From Raillietiella orientalis (Eukaryota): 64,000 bases of DNA. The stretch spans positions 4,712,001 to 4,776,000 of the forward strand of contig JAYWIR010000002.1 of assembly GCA_036172245.1 (NCBI GenBank), in the 5' to 3' direction. The notes under the pieces were generated by a model. That model was not told the origin of the DNA and made no database searches. It saw only the letters and a program-made list of their open reading frames with translations. Both the position numbers and the translations under genes were made by a program. Below are positions 12,180 to 24,600 of the stretch, piece after piece; the stretch's first letter is position 1; each line of letters starts with the position of its first letter.

Positions 12180-15100
12180 CACAGGGGAGGGGGAGGGGGA
12201 GGGGGAAGGAACAGCAGAAAGCCGTGAGAGAGTTTTTCCCTTCCGCATCTTTGGCTTCGTGCGGTCGGACCACCCGATCGGCGCCTCCTCGTCGTTTCCC
12301 AGCAACAGGAAGCCTCCGCGCAAAAGCCACGGCCGGCGTAACCGTCGAGAGATACGGATCAGTGCGGTTACACGACGAAGGTCACAGGACTGACCTTTTC
12401 TCCCTTGGAATTTCGGTCCGCTTGCTCCTGCGGAAACTCGCCGGTGCTGCCCATCCCCCCTCCGCTTCCAGACGCGGCGTCCCCTTGCCTCTTATCGGAA
12501 GGCACTGATCTGTTGCGGCCCGGTTGCACTGGAACGCCTGTCGGCGAAGGAACCTTGCAGGGGAGAGACGAGCACCACCACCCCTGCCGTGCAGACAGGC
12601 GAGGACGGAAGGTCCACGCGGGAGATGGAGGCAGTCGCACGGGGGGGGGAGGTGTGGACGAGTGCGAAACCGCAGGGAAGTGTGCACAGGTGTTTGGGAG
12701 GATAGAAGGGGGGAGAAGCCGTCCAGGCACAGCAAAGTCCAGCTCTTCGCTTCCCCGAGGAGTCCCGCTCTTCTTCGGACGGGACGAGGGGAGACCGCGT
12801 GCTGGACGACGCGCCATGGCGCTAGTCCCTTCTTCCCAGAACTCCTCCTTCCGCGGGCGCGGCACAGGAATCGCCACTACCGTGGTCACCAAGCGCACCA
12901 GGGAAGGAGTAGCGTAGGCCGGAGGGGGGGAATGAAGTCCGGATCGGGGAGCACTTGCCTCTGGCCCACTGATGGTGCCGCTCACTGAACGCAACCCCCA
13001 GAGCAAAGGCAGCGTCATCGCGCATAGCAGACGGAGGGACGGCGTATAGCTGTCCAAGAAGACCTGGGGGCAGCTGGAATTCCTTTCCAGTTTTCCTGTT
13101 TTCGCCTCTTTCCTTCCAGTTTTTTTTTTGATTCTCCAGGAGTGCCGAAGAACCGGACGCCTCCTTAGAGGGGATCCACAAAGCTCTTTGACACAGTCCA
13201 CGCCACCGGAGGGTGCGCGTCAAGTTAGGGAGTAATCCCGGAGGGACCTTCTTCCTCATTCTCTCCGAAGGGAACCCCTGGTTTGTGCGGATTACTCCAC
13301 TGTTCCTCCGAAGGGAACCCGGAAAGGATCCGCTCCTGGTTTCCTTTCCTGAAGAGGACCCCCGAAGGAGTGTCTCCGACTTTTTCCGAAGGGAGCAATG
13401 CACCTCTTGCATTCCTCTTCCGCCTCGATCTTCAGCAGCTAGCAGCGGGCGCAGATACCGAGTCGCAGGCAGTTCGACTCTTCGGAGCTCGGCTCGTTCA
13501 CCTTCGCCCACGTGCCAACTGTTTTCTTCTAGTCAGGTGCTAGAGCTGGCGTGGTAGCAGGCCATCCAACCCTTTTCCTCCGCCATGGTAACCATCCGTT
13601 GGAGGGGGAGTCCGCATCTTCTCACCTTCCGGCAGGAACACAAAAGGTAGGAAGCAAGTCCTTCCGTAGGGGATACCCGGCTGGCAAGGAGGTGCTCAGG
13701 AACGTAGCAGGGGGTGCTCCAGTACTTCTCTGATAATCTTCTGGAAATCCAGCTGCGACGATCATCGCAGCTGGATTTCCATCCGCTCCAGCGTCAGGAG
13801 GCCGAGGCTACCACCCAGGCGCTGAGCACACGAGTCCTTCAGCTGAACTCAGGACCTCCCTTTGCCCCACAAGGCGATTCGCAGGAGGTCCCCTCTTCTT
13901 CGGAGAGAAACAAGAGAGGATCCGTTCTTGGAATTTCTTCTCCGGAGCGACCTCCCACAAAGGATCCGCTCCCTGTTTCTTCCTCTGAAGAGGACTCCGA
14001 AGGGACGCTTCCTGCTTTCTCTGAAGGGAGCAGCGTGGAGAAGTATCGATCAATCAGCTCCATGATACCTGATGAAAGGAAGCCCCCTCTCTCCCCCAAA
14101 AAAAGGGGGGACGACTTCATTTTCACAACCCGCGACGGGTTGTGAAAATGAAGGGTTCCTCGATTCCTGGAAGGACCCCAGAGGGTCACCTTCCAATCCC
14201 GGAAGCCAGTCAAGGGGGTCATCCGGAGGTCTCCAGATTCCACCAGTGGTGCACCCGAAGCCTGTGGGCCAACCAGAGCCATCCTGCGGAGGGGAGACTC
14301 GAAACTCACGGCGCACCCCTCATTTCTCAGCGTCAATCCTTCCTCGGGTGGGATTCGAACCCGCGACGTCTAATGCCACACGCGGTGACCGCAGTCACAA
14401 GACCGTCAACGTCCCCAAAGTTCCCCGAGCCCTCTATCCTCAGTGTGGCCAAGTGCCAACTGGACTGCCGACATCCTTTCAGTCACTCCTGCAGTTGTGC
14501 AGAAGACCCCCCATCCCCTTCCGGTCGTCCATTGCTGCGTCTTTCTCTTAGGGCGGGCAAGGGCGTGGCGGATGCGCGGGTCCATTGACCAGATCGCGCG
14601 CGTCACCACCGCAAGGGGAAGTCTCCCGAGGTGGCTGCCGAGATGGAGCCCTCCTCGACCGATGTCTTGCAGCCGAGTCTAGGTTTCCATGGTTCCTGTG
14701 TCGTACCGAAGGAGGGAAAGTCTCCATCCTGTACTGGTTGAGTAAAAGTGGAGGTTCCGGTCCCTCGCAGCCCACCGCACTCTTGAGTGCGTGGGGAGCC
14801 GGAAGACGGCAGGGTTAGCGATTGCCTCGTGCCACCAGGTCAAATGACCGGAACCGCATCTGCAGTTTCAGCCTCCCGGACTCCTGGATTCTCGAAGCCG
14901 ACATCCCGGTGCGACGGGACTTCGGAACGGTTCTCGTCGTTGCTGACCCACTGACCCCACCCCCTCATTTCTTCCATTCCTCTTCACTCTTCTTCCTTCG
15001 CACTGCACTGTTCCTCAAGGGATGCTCGCAGGAAATTCCCAGCCATCTCCGTGATCGTCCTGGTCCAGTCCCGAGGGATGCGGAGTTGCGGTCTTGGTCT

Positions 15101-15850
15101 CCTCGAGGGAGAGGAGGGGAGGAGCAGGGTGGCTGGCGGCCCACCGTGGCCACTGTCCCCGGTCAGTGCACGTCCTCACGAATGTTGGTGCCGGAGAGAG
15201 CGACGCCGTCTCATTTCTTCAGCCTTCCGAACGGGTTCCGCGTACGCGCAGAGGACTGTGAGCCCCTCCAGCAGCCCCCCTGACTTGACAATCACGGCTA
15301 TCCACCCTTCCCCGTCCGTCATGGCGGCTGACTGCTGCTCTTGGACGTTTCTGAGTATGGAAGGAAGAGGAGGAGGAGGAGGAGCACGCGTTCCAGGAAA
15401 CGCCCTCCGACTGGACTTCCCGGATGCTTCGGCCGGGCACCAGATGGCTCACCCGCTGGCGCAAGCAACAGGAAACGCCCCTTCCTCTGCTGTTGCCAGG
15501 TCGAGCTAGCGCTTCTCCGCTATTCGGCTGGAAGATGCGTGTTCTTTTATTCCTTTTGCACTCGCGATTCCCCGTGTGCCACCTGTCTCCCCGAACCACT
15601 CCCTCGTCCTCCGAGGAGCAGGAAAGCTCACCGAAGATTCGCGGGCGCAACCTCTTCGCCGATCCCTTGCAGGAAAGCGTTGTAACCTGGAAGGTGAGGA
15701 GACGTCACGCACGTACGTCCCGGATGCTGAATCGTGACACAGGGACAGCTCGACTGACTCGCAATGCCCCGGGGTAAGCATCTCAGGGTGGAGTGGAGGC
15801 GCTTGACTGGCTCGCCCCCGAGGGAGCTCACATGAGCTGCGTTCCGGAAA
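12180..15850 (-). mobile_element. Decayed L1/Tx1-like element, copy C (two tandem diverged segments, junction ~13750)
   Basis: AFLQ (~15670), RGVSC..PGRSI, GPGRS (~15060), LVARG (~14830), HFYS (~14745), RGLG (~14430), LRNEGCAVSFESP, repeat arrays at 13890-14040 and 13240-13400, IGWSD end motif (~12260). Visible nucleotide similarity to 1100-1700 and 17060-17600. Confidence 0.7.
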
Positions 15851-17039
15851 AAGCAAAGCGCGCCGGTTCCTCAGCTGGAGATGAAATAATGGTGACCAGA
15901 GGCAATGACTCGCCTCAGTGGAAAGAAAAAGGCCGAGGAGCCGTACGATAGCTCTTTTTGATCAGATCCTCTCGTTTCCATGGAGATCGCGCCTGAGAAG
16001 ATCAGTGGAAACGAAGCTGAGCCCGTAGCGATCTCGAGACCGAATTTGTTTGCTTTCTGTTTTCCTTTTCCTCCTTTCAATGTGAACAAAAGGTGCACTT
16101 GAAGAAGCTGCTGCATGATAGAAGAATCTGACGTGAGAGCTTGTGATGAGAGCTTATGTGAAGTTTCGATGACGAGGCTTCAGCGTTTGGCAGATGTCGG
16201 ACGTGTCGCGTCGAATCGTGAAAAAAAAACACACACACACACACACACTGCACGGTGTTTTTGTCAAATCTAATGGCCCGGAATGATTTGTTCGGTGTCA
16301 TCGTTGGATTCCCACCTCAGAGGCTTACCGGCAAGATTTCGGTCCTGGAGGTCGCCGTTGCCATGTAACGACGCATCTTCGAAGGTTGCCATCATTCATC
16401 TAACAGGTGACGGTTCGCTCTGTGAACGCTTCTCTGGAAGGCACATTTTCAAGCCAATTTTAGCAGGGAAAAAAGCAAAAAAAAAAAAGGCCACTGTTGA
16501 TGTACAATTTCGAGCGCGTGGCCGTACTGCTTTCGAAAATAGGTACAAAATCTTTCGTCGTACACATCCATCGTAGTAGCACTCCCATGCTTGAACTGCA
16601 ACACATTGAAATGATGGCTTGCAAAAAAAAAAAACGGCCAGAAGTAGTACTCGTACTTCCAGCTAGGCAGCGTACTTACACGATAGGGGACCGGACAGTT
16701 CCAAGAATTTGGCCCTGCTTCCAAGAATAATGCGCGCGAATTTCCATGATCTTCAAGGCAAATCTCCTCTGGTGACACATGCAAGTGGGACGCCCGAACC
16801 TCCTCCCATTGCTGGGAGCGATCCGGATCGAGAGATTGAGTTCCGCCCTCGTGTTCTTATGGATCACCGGAAGGTCATGTCTTCTACCGTTCGGCTTTAT
16901 TCGCATCTTGATGACAGAGGAGAATCGCAGGGATCACGGTCGGGTGGATACGGAAGTGCAGTGTCGTGGAAACGCTTCCTTCGGCTAAAGCTTTTGAGCG
17001 GTCGGCAGCAGCGACTCAAGGAACATTCTCATGGAGCGC

Positions 17040-18411
17040 AAGCGATCGGCTCCCGCGTGGGCGGCCGCGGGGCTGAGGTCTCCGCACGTGGCACCAAGCG
17101 TTGAGAGTTCGAAGCCCATACGCGGAGGATCGACACCGAGAAATCGGGGGGGGAGGCGTTGTGGGTTTCGAGTCCCCCCTCCCCCTGCAGGATGGCGCTG
17201 GTTGGTCCACGGGCTTCGGGTGAGCCACTGGAGGAAGCCGGAAACCCCCGGATGCACCTGTTGATTGACCTCCGGGATTGGAAGTTGACGCCTTCCAGGG
17301 TCCCTCCAGGAATCCAGGAGCCCTCGGACTCTCCTTCGTTTGAGAAAAGGAGTCCTTACCACGGAGCTGGTTTATATTCCCCCTCTGGAGGTGGCCTCTT
17401 CAGAGTGGCAGAAGCGCACTGGTCCCTTCGGGGAGCACCCTTCAAGAGAAATTTGGTAGCGCCCCCTTTGGGTTCTCTTCAGAGGAGCAAAGCAAGGAGC
17501 AGTTCCCTTGCGGGTTTCCTCCAGTGGAGAAACGAGAAGCAGCCTCCTCCAGGGATTCCCTCTGAAGAGAACAAGGGAGAGTTTCCCTTCGAAGTTTCCT
17601 TCGGAGACAACCATACGGTGCGGACGTGTTTTTTCCACTCCCTCCCCTTGAAGTGGCAGGAGTCGGCACTTCTGAGTGGCAGAAGTCGGCATTCCCTCTC
17701 GCTTCTTCCGAAATCAGCTTCGCTCCAGGCCGTCACGATCCCGCGGATGCAGCAAAGCGCTGCTGCTGCTGCACTGGCTTCTTCCGTGCAGCGCACGCCG
17801 ACACCACTGGACGCTGGGGAGAGCGAGATCAGACTGTCGCATGTGCGGGGATTGGGAATCCCTCTTCCGCACCTGCTCGTGGACCATATTGTCCTCCGGG
17901 CCCTGTGGGGACGTTTCGGAACGACCCTCCGGATTCCGGTTCTCAACCCCTCCAGGGATGTCTTACGGCTCCTCTTCGTGCGGTGTGCCCTGCAGCCAGC
18001 CGCAGCCACAGCAGCGCTTTGCTGCATCCGCGGGATCGTGGCGGCCTGGAGCGAAGCTGACAGTGGAAGAAGCGAGAGGGACGCCGTCCAGTTGGCAGTT
18101 CGCTTTCTGTGGATAGCAGTCGGATGGTCCCACCTGGGGCCTATTCGGACGGAGCTAGGCAATATCCTGGAAAGGATGCAGACTCCATCCAGAGGACAAT
18201 GGCCCCTTTTCTGACCCTCCTGAAGGTTTTTATTTATTTTTATTCACTCTTTTTTTTTCCTTTTCTTGTTGGTTTCCCCCATCCCCCTCCTCTGGCGAGG
18301 TGACCCCCGCCGGTCTGCGTACCGGCGACCCGGCAGGTCCATGGACAAATGTAGTGTGGTAGAACCACGTGTCTTACCACAATTTGTGAGTTTATTTTGA
18401 ATCTTAATAAA
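17040..18411 (+). mobile_element. L1/Tx1-like element 3' half, copy D
   Basis: ORF 17159-18214 contains PLPHLLVDH..LRALWGRF and GWSHLGPIRTELGNILERMQ, homologous to the copy A C-terminus. Followed by a T-rich tract, a stem-loop at 18356-18380 and AATAAA at 18406-18411. Confidence 0.75.
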
Positions 18412-19699
18412 CTCTCCGGAGTGTCCGTGTGGAAATAGGAAAGCGAGGGTTTCCTTCGAGGTTTCCTCCCAAGCGTAAGAGGAACAGACTCCTTCCTTTG
18501 GAGCATTCCTGGATTCATAGTGTGGTCCCTGCGGCCTTACCCCGTGCAACTGGAAGAGTCACACACGTACCCTCTGGCGGCGCAGACAGTGCAAACCATT
18601 CACCACTCTTCAAGTGGATCTGGGAAGCTTTCTGAAACCCCGTCTCTTAGTAGAACCGAGTGGAAGTTTCCGGCCACCGACTCGCGACGGATGGCACTAG
18701 GAAACAAGGTCGCGAACTTCTTTTTTTGGATTGTATCTCGTACGGTCCGCCTGCCAGGGATGTTCTCCACTGGGAACCGGAGCGTCGGGAAGCAAACTCT
18801 TGCTCTCCTGCCAGAACACCCACAGCCACCTCCTCGAATGCGATGCGTGCGTGTCCCATGAGCAGCGTGGAAGCATCGGGTCGCAGACTTCCCTGACCCT
18901 CACTCGCTCGCGAGCAGCCATTTTGATTCTTCCGTCGTTCATCCATTTAGTAGAGTGGGTGCCCTTGTCTCTTCATCAGTTGACCCTGCCCAACGAGGAG
19001 GTTTCCTTGAAACTCTTCCGTCTCGATCCAGCGCAACTCCGCTCTGAAAACAGGAAATCGTCGAAGAACACCTCACGCGATCCACGTGACTATTGGCCAG
19101 CAACCTAAAAGCGCGAAGTCATCCGTCCTGGTCACCGCAGTAAATCTCGGAAGGTTTCAGACGGGCAGCAGGAACGATTAGCCTGTGGCTGACTACGCTA
19201 CCTGTGGCATTCCTGAAGAGGGAACTTCGCCGTTGCCCCGACACCCACGGAACGAAAAATCGTCTCTTCTCTAAACAGCCGGAGATTAATGGACACCTGA
19301 CCTTAAAGTTTCTTATTTTAGAAAGAATGTCCGTGAGGTGCAAATACAAACGTAAATGCTTTCTCATCTCCGTGTTATTGTCTTAATTGTACAAACGACT
19401 GATGTATGATGGTGATTTATTTGATGCTGCGTCCCTTTTCCTGGAGCAGAGGTCAAATTCATTGACAGTGACTTGTCTGTCGTATTCAGCAACTGCAAGG
19501 TTAGTTCGATTGACTATCTTGGACATTTGGGCATCGAATTACAAACAAAGACTACCTGTTTAGAACGCCTCTATTTAGGCACTCCTACCTAGGTTTGGAA
19601 ACCCAGTTTTTTTTTTTTTTTTTTTGAGGGGGAGGGGGTTCAAACTTGGCCCCACCTTCATAAAATTTACTAGTGGCGCATTAACTACGAAACTGATCT

Positions 19700-20140
19700 G
19701 CAGCTCGTGTTTGCAGGGACGATTGCTGTGCCTACCACGTGAACCAGAAAGGCACTTTGCGGAGCTTGAAGCACACTTGCAAAAGGAAACGTTTCCACGT
19801 GCCTCGAGCGTACTCTTCGCCGGGCAGTTCTGATCGCTGTGAAAGAAACTCCGTCCATCTCGTCTGCAAGTCCACGGCTGGTGCAAGCTCTCTCTGATCA
19901 GTGAACTCCAAGAGAGTGGCACTTCTTTTGTTGGATTTCATCGCGCATTCCTGCATGGATTTCGAAACTTCTGCACCTGGAGGAGCTGCTGGAACGAGAG
20001 TACTTTAATTTATGCATGAAGAGAACCGGACATGCGCTAATCAACCTCCTCTTTACTGACTTGCGGGTGTCGACATCTCCCGCAGAAAATTTTGGCAGCG
20101 TTCGAAGCTCCCATGCCGCTGGAGCTTGAAGAATTGCCTC
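19700..20140 (-). mobile_element. Decayed BEL/Pao gag-like fragment
   Basis: LPKFSAGD...HKLKYSRS resembles the BEL/Pao gag DUF1759 motif LP.FSGD...KL.YL.S. Confidence 0.4.
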
Positions 20141-21419
20141 TGGCATGGGTGTGAGCACGCGCTTCGATTCCAGAGAACGTCGAGGCAATCCTAGAGAGGA
20201 GAGAACCTTGAATTGCGGATTTTGGGGGGATCACGAGGTTGTTTTCCGTTTCTCGAAACGTTCTCTCAGTCCTTCTCGAATTCCTCGAGAAAACTTCCTT
20301 CTCAAGCGCAAACATCCCAAAAGAACAAAGAACCAAGCATGGTCTGTTTTATCTACATCAGTGACCGTAACCAGATTTGCTCGCACACTCGGATTCGCTT
20401 AAACGGGATGTCACGGAAAGATCGTTTCGAAATATGATCCTGACTGACATCAAATCAAACCAAAGAGCACGTCTGCCGCAACGTTGATCCAATTAAAGGA
20501 AACGAAGGAGATTCATCGCTCCACGGAACGCCCGAGCGCTGAAACCGAGCGAGGAAGGGAGAGAAGAACTCGAGGTATGTTCCAAATTGGCTCCAAGAGA
20601 GCCGATTGCATAGAAGGTAGGATCGCGAGCGCGTGTGCATGGAAGATGAGTAAAGCAACACGAGCAGGCCGAAAGACCTTCTGGATCTACAAGCAACTTC
20701 CGTGAGCCAGCTTGGACTTTCGAAAAGATGATAACAGATACCACGTGGAAGATGGATGGATGTCCTGCGGATTGACCAGCTGTGATTTCGTTCCACCTGT
20801 CTCAGTTTCTGTGCATCAAGCTGGCAGACCCGCTTGTCATCACGGACGATCGTGATGAATCCACAAGGTCGATCTTTCTTCGATCCGTCCAGGTACTAAA
20901 GAGGCCTTCTCGGAACCCGCGATCATCGAATTCGAGACGTTAGTAAGGAGGTAGCTGGGGTCCCCAAAGAACAGCCCTCTAGGATTCTTAGGATGCCGTA
21001 AATTTCCAAAAGTCGTTCTGAGGAATGCTTTGGCAAAAGATCTGAAACTCATCCTTTGATGATGCAAATTGTTCTTCGGAGTTTATTCCCATTGCCTCAT
21101 CTTTTCGACTCTCTCTGCTACTCAGGGACGTTGCTGTTTCTGCTTGGCGGACGGATTTTCACCTGGTGGCGCCGGGACGTTCCGTTAAAAAGAATAAACA
21201 GGCAAATTGACAAGAAAAAACTGCTCCTGAAACAACAAAGAGCATCGCGAAGAAAAAAAAGAAGTTCAAGGGGAAGTTGAGAGTTTGAAAAGTCCATAAC
21301 GGGGGACGGGGATAGGGAAGAAAGAAAATGGAAGCTGGAGACGGGGTTCTTTGGTTCGTCTTGTTTCTACTTGAAAAACTGGGAAAAGTCCGGGACGACT
21401 GAGAAGGAAAATTAAAAAA

Positions 21420-23350
21420 CAATTAAATAAATGAATAAAGGGAGGGTGAATACAGGGGTCACCGCTGATGGACATTCCTTCTTTCTAGAATAGACACTCG
21501 ATCTCCTTCCTGACCTTTCCTTCCAGGTGAGGCCACCTGGCAGCCGCCTTCATGTAGGCGCCTGCCACGCAGGCGACCTCCCTTAGCTGCGCCCGAAACT
21601 CCAACAGATGAAGGGCTGCGACGATGGCGCGGACGCAGCATGTCGTCGCAACCACGGCGGCGCGACTTCGCCTCTCGCGAAGAGTCGCCGCAGCAAGTCC
21701 TCAGCAGAGTCCTCAGAGTGCAGGAGTGCTGACTCCAGCCTCCGCCAAAGTTCCTGGAGGGCGCTGCAGTCCAGCAGCACGTGCGGGAACGATTGAACAG
21801 TTCCCCCGGGAACGAAGTTTAATGGGGGTCTCTTCCTGTTTCCGCACTGGGGTAATCCAGTGCGAAAACAGGAAGAGACCCTGTTCCCACTTCAAGGGGA
21901 ACACGGAAGTGTTCATGGGCCGGGGAGGGGCAGCGGGTTCTTCGGGAGGGGCGCACTCCGCAGTTCGCTCCACCAAAGGGGTCCCTTCGCCCGATAGATC
22001 GGGATGACGGCGCCCACCAGCTCGCTCGTTGTCCAGCCGCCCAGGAGTTTGGGTCTTCTTGAAATGGTGCAGGAGAGATCTCCCACCCCGCCGGCAGGCA
22101 ACTGTCGCTGCTTGCCCCGAAGGCAGACAGCGCTGAGGCGAGGGGTGCGGCGGCCGGACGGGCAGACTTCTTCGAATCTCCCCGTGGGAGGTGGCGGAAG
22201 GAGTGCAGGGGACGGAGCATTTCTGTTTGGCGGACAGGTGGAAGCTGCATGGTCCAAGCGCGGCCTCAACGTATTTCTTGCCTAAAGTCTTGCTCAGATC
22301 TCAAAGGAGTGAACGAGAAAAAGTGAGGTTCTCGGAGCGCAAGGTTCTCCGGTAATGCCTTCGGATTCTTCAGCAGCGCACAGCATCCACCAGAAAGCAA
22401 GCGCTGCTGCAACTGTGCTGAGCCCCTTTCTGGTGGAGAGATGCGCATCCTCAAAAGAACTCTCCACCTCAGGCAGCAGGGAAAGTTCTCGAGAACTCAG
22501 TATACCTGCCTGCTCTCGGCGCTCACATCTTGTCAAGCGAACCCACCTATCGTATTTTCGACCACGACTGCGGACGCACCTAGGAGATGAAATACTTCGA
22601 ATACACAATCGTCGCTACGGGTTGATAAACAAAGGTATGGGAGCCGAGTGATTTCTGCTGGAAAGCACAGGAACCGATCTTCCTTCTGTCTTTACGCGTC
22701 CTCACATGAGCAGCAAAAAAAAATCCCTGCCACTGTCCGTTCACAAGAAATAGAATGATCGCTGTCAAGAAATAAGGATGTACTGCTGAAGTATGCAATA
22801 AACAACGCTTATGGTCCTCATTCAACAGTATGTAGTAAAGTTCCATTAGGCGTCGAAATTCCATGGAAGTTGAAGCTCACAATTCCGTCGCTTACCTTTC
22901 GTTGAGCCGATTCCTCGCTTCGTTGACTCCTCACCTGCTGCTGGTGACCTCACGGCTGATTGCCCGTCTTTGAAGTACTGACGAGTTTCTGGAAAGCCCG
23001 CATGCTTTAGAGAGCTGCGTTTTTGTGAATCGTGGCCTGCTAGCCGACGAGCTCCTCCTCAAGATGGAACCTTTTTCGCCTCCGGAGAAAGAGGACATCG
23101 ATTTTTTCAGGACCAGCACTCCAAACCCGAGTGCCGGTCTCGAACAGGAGAAGGTTTTTCAAGAAAATGGAGAATTTCTCGCCTGATTAGTGAGAGGAGA
23201 ATCGCTTCCTTTTTAACTTCCGCGTGTTTCGGGATGCTTTAGGATGCGCTGTCATATTCCTCAGCTCACTCGAATGCTGCAGTTTCCATGATAGCGGATG
23301 CAGAGAACAGAGTTCGCAAAAAGTTTCCTTCCGGAGACGAAGGTTCTAGG
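21420..23350 (-). mobile_element. Decayed L1/Tx1-like element, copy E
   Basis: HVLLDCSALQELWRRL (zf-RVT, ~21780), ARWPHL (~21535), TSVFPLKWE shared with copy B TSVFPLRWE, FLVNG..RKDRRKIGS (F.W.G..GGLG-like, ~22700), T-rich tail at ~21420. Upstream boundary uncertain. Confidence 0.65.
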
Positions 23351-23599
23351 AAGTGCTTGCATTCTCTAGGCAACAGGCGCAGCCCCCATTTATGATGAAG
23401 TCCTATAGAGAAGAAGCACCGTTGCCCTAAACAGTGTCAGGTAAGGAAGCATACCGAAAAGAAGCACTGAGAAGCACTCTATTTGGTAACGTATCATCTC
23501 ATCCTCCATGAGGAAGAAATGATGCGTTAACCTCGTACCTCCGTTCGTAACTTCATGCCCATCAGACTAGGAATTTTGAATGCATTTTCCAAGAATCTC

Positions 23600-23920
23600 A
23601 GTGAGAAGATTCTTACATCATAAGCCGTTAACCAATCTCATCCGATACCTTTCGATCTTATCCTATAACCATCAATAGTGAGAAATTGCCTCTTAGAGAG
23701 CGCTTCTCCATCCAGAATGCGGCCTTTCCCGCTCTTTTACAAGAAAGCATGATTGTAAGAAAAACTCCGATGCCAATGCCGGTCGCTCCTGATAAGCGAG
23801 CCAATTACAAAGATGAGGATATCGATTTGGCCACCGTTTTCGAAAGGCAAGTGAATTCCGAATGCGTGCGAGCAGCCAGATGCAGATCCCCGGAGATCAA
23901 TCAAGAAGCTGCGATCGCCT
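23600..23920 (+). mobile_element. Decayed CR1/Jockey-type LINE RT N-terminal fragment
   Basis: PLRERFSIQNAAFPALLQESMIVRK..ANYK..LATVFE resembles PL..IFN.S..G.FP..WK.A.V.PI.K..NYRPISL..KVFE. Confidence 0.45.
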
Positions 23921-24099
23921 AGTCTGCGCCGTTCTTTAGACAAGAACGCAGACGCTTTACCGGTTTGCTGATTCGTGATGAAGTCTTGGGTTGTTTGATG
24001 GAACGGCAAACTCGAGTTCCCTCACAGTAAAGGATGTTGGGCAGGAATGATTTCCTGCAGATTTTTTGTTGCTCCGTTCCATCCGTAAGTCTTCTCCTT

Positions 24100-24600
24100 T
24101 GCGTAATTTCAAGAGCGGTTTTTCTGGAGCGCGGAGTCTGAAGAAAATTCATCCAGAAGGACGCGCCATCCTTGCTCTTGTTTTTCATCGAGGGACGTTG
24201 CTCCTGAGTGCCAAGGTGTCTTGAAGAGAAAATGAGAGTCAGATGAATGAGAAGTCGGCACTGACAAGGGATTGAGCTGAATGCTTTTAACACACCAAAG
24301 CAGTGCAAAACTTTGCCCTACATAAATCCAAACGTCAAACGCGGATACAAGAGGAAGGCAGATCTAATAAGAAAGACTCTTTCCGTACGTACAATTCAGT
24401 GTTTTACCCCAGTGTCTTGTAGAAAACAAACTGCGGTCAACCAGCTAGTTAACACCGGTCATCAGAAATAACGCTCTTGTTTGCTTCGCGGCATTCAAAG
24501 GAGAGATGCCTTCTCAACAAGCCGAATTTTCTCGAATGCATCTTCAGGGCATTCCGTTTGCTGTCCCAAGGTTGCGAGAAAACGAGCCCCTGTGGAAAAA
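24100..24600 (-). mobile_element. Possible PIF/Harbinger transposase remnant
   Basis: HCFGVLKAF..C resembles the E..FG.LK.RF motif; single-motif support only. Confidence 0.3.

Noticed and set aside
14340-14410. tRNA-like B-box/T-arm (gtcgcgggttcgaatcccacc on the minus strand)
   Set aside because: No D-arm or acceptor stem. The segment aligns with coding sequence of copies A (~1600-1640) and D (~17070-17140), so it is part of the retroelement.
294-22300. Numerous long overlapping ORFs in the ORF track
   Set aside because: Expected from high GC content. Recognisable motifs jump between frames, indicating decayed TE sequence rather than intact genes.
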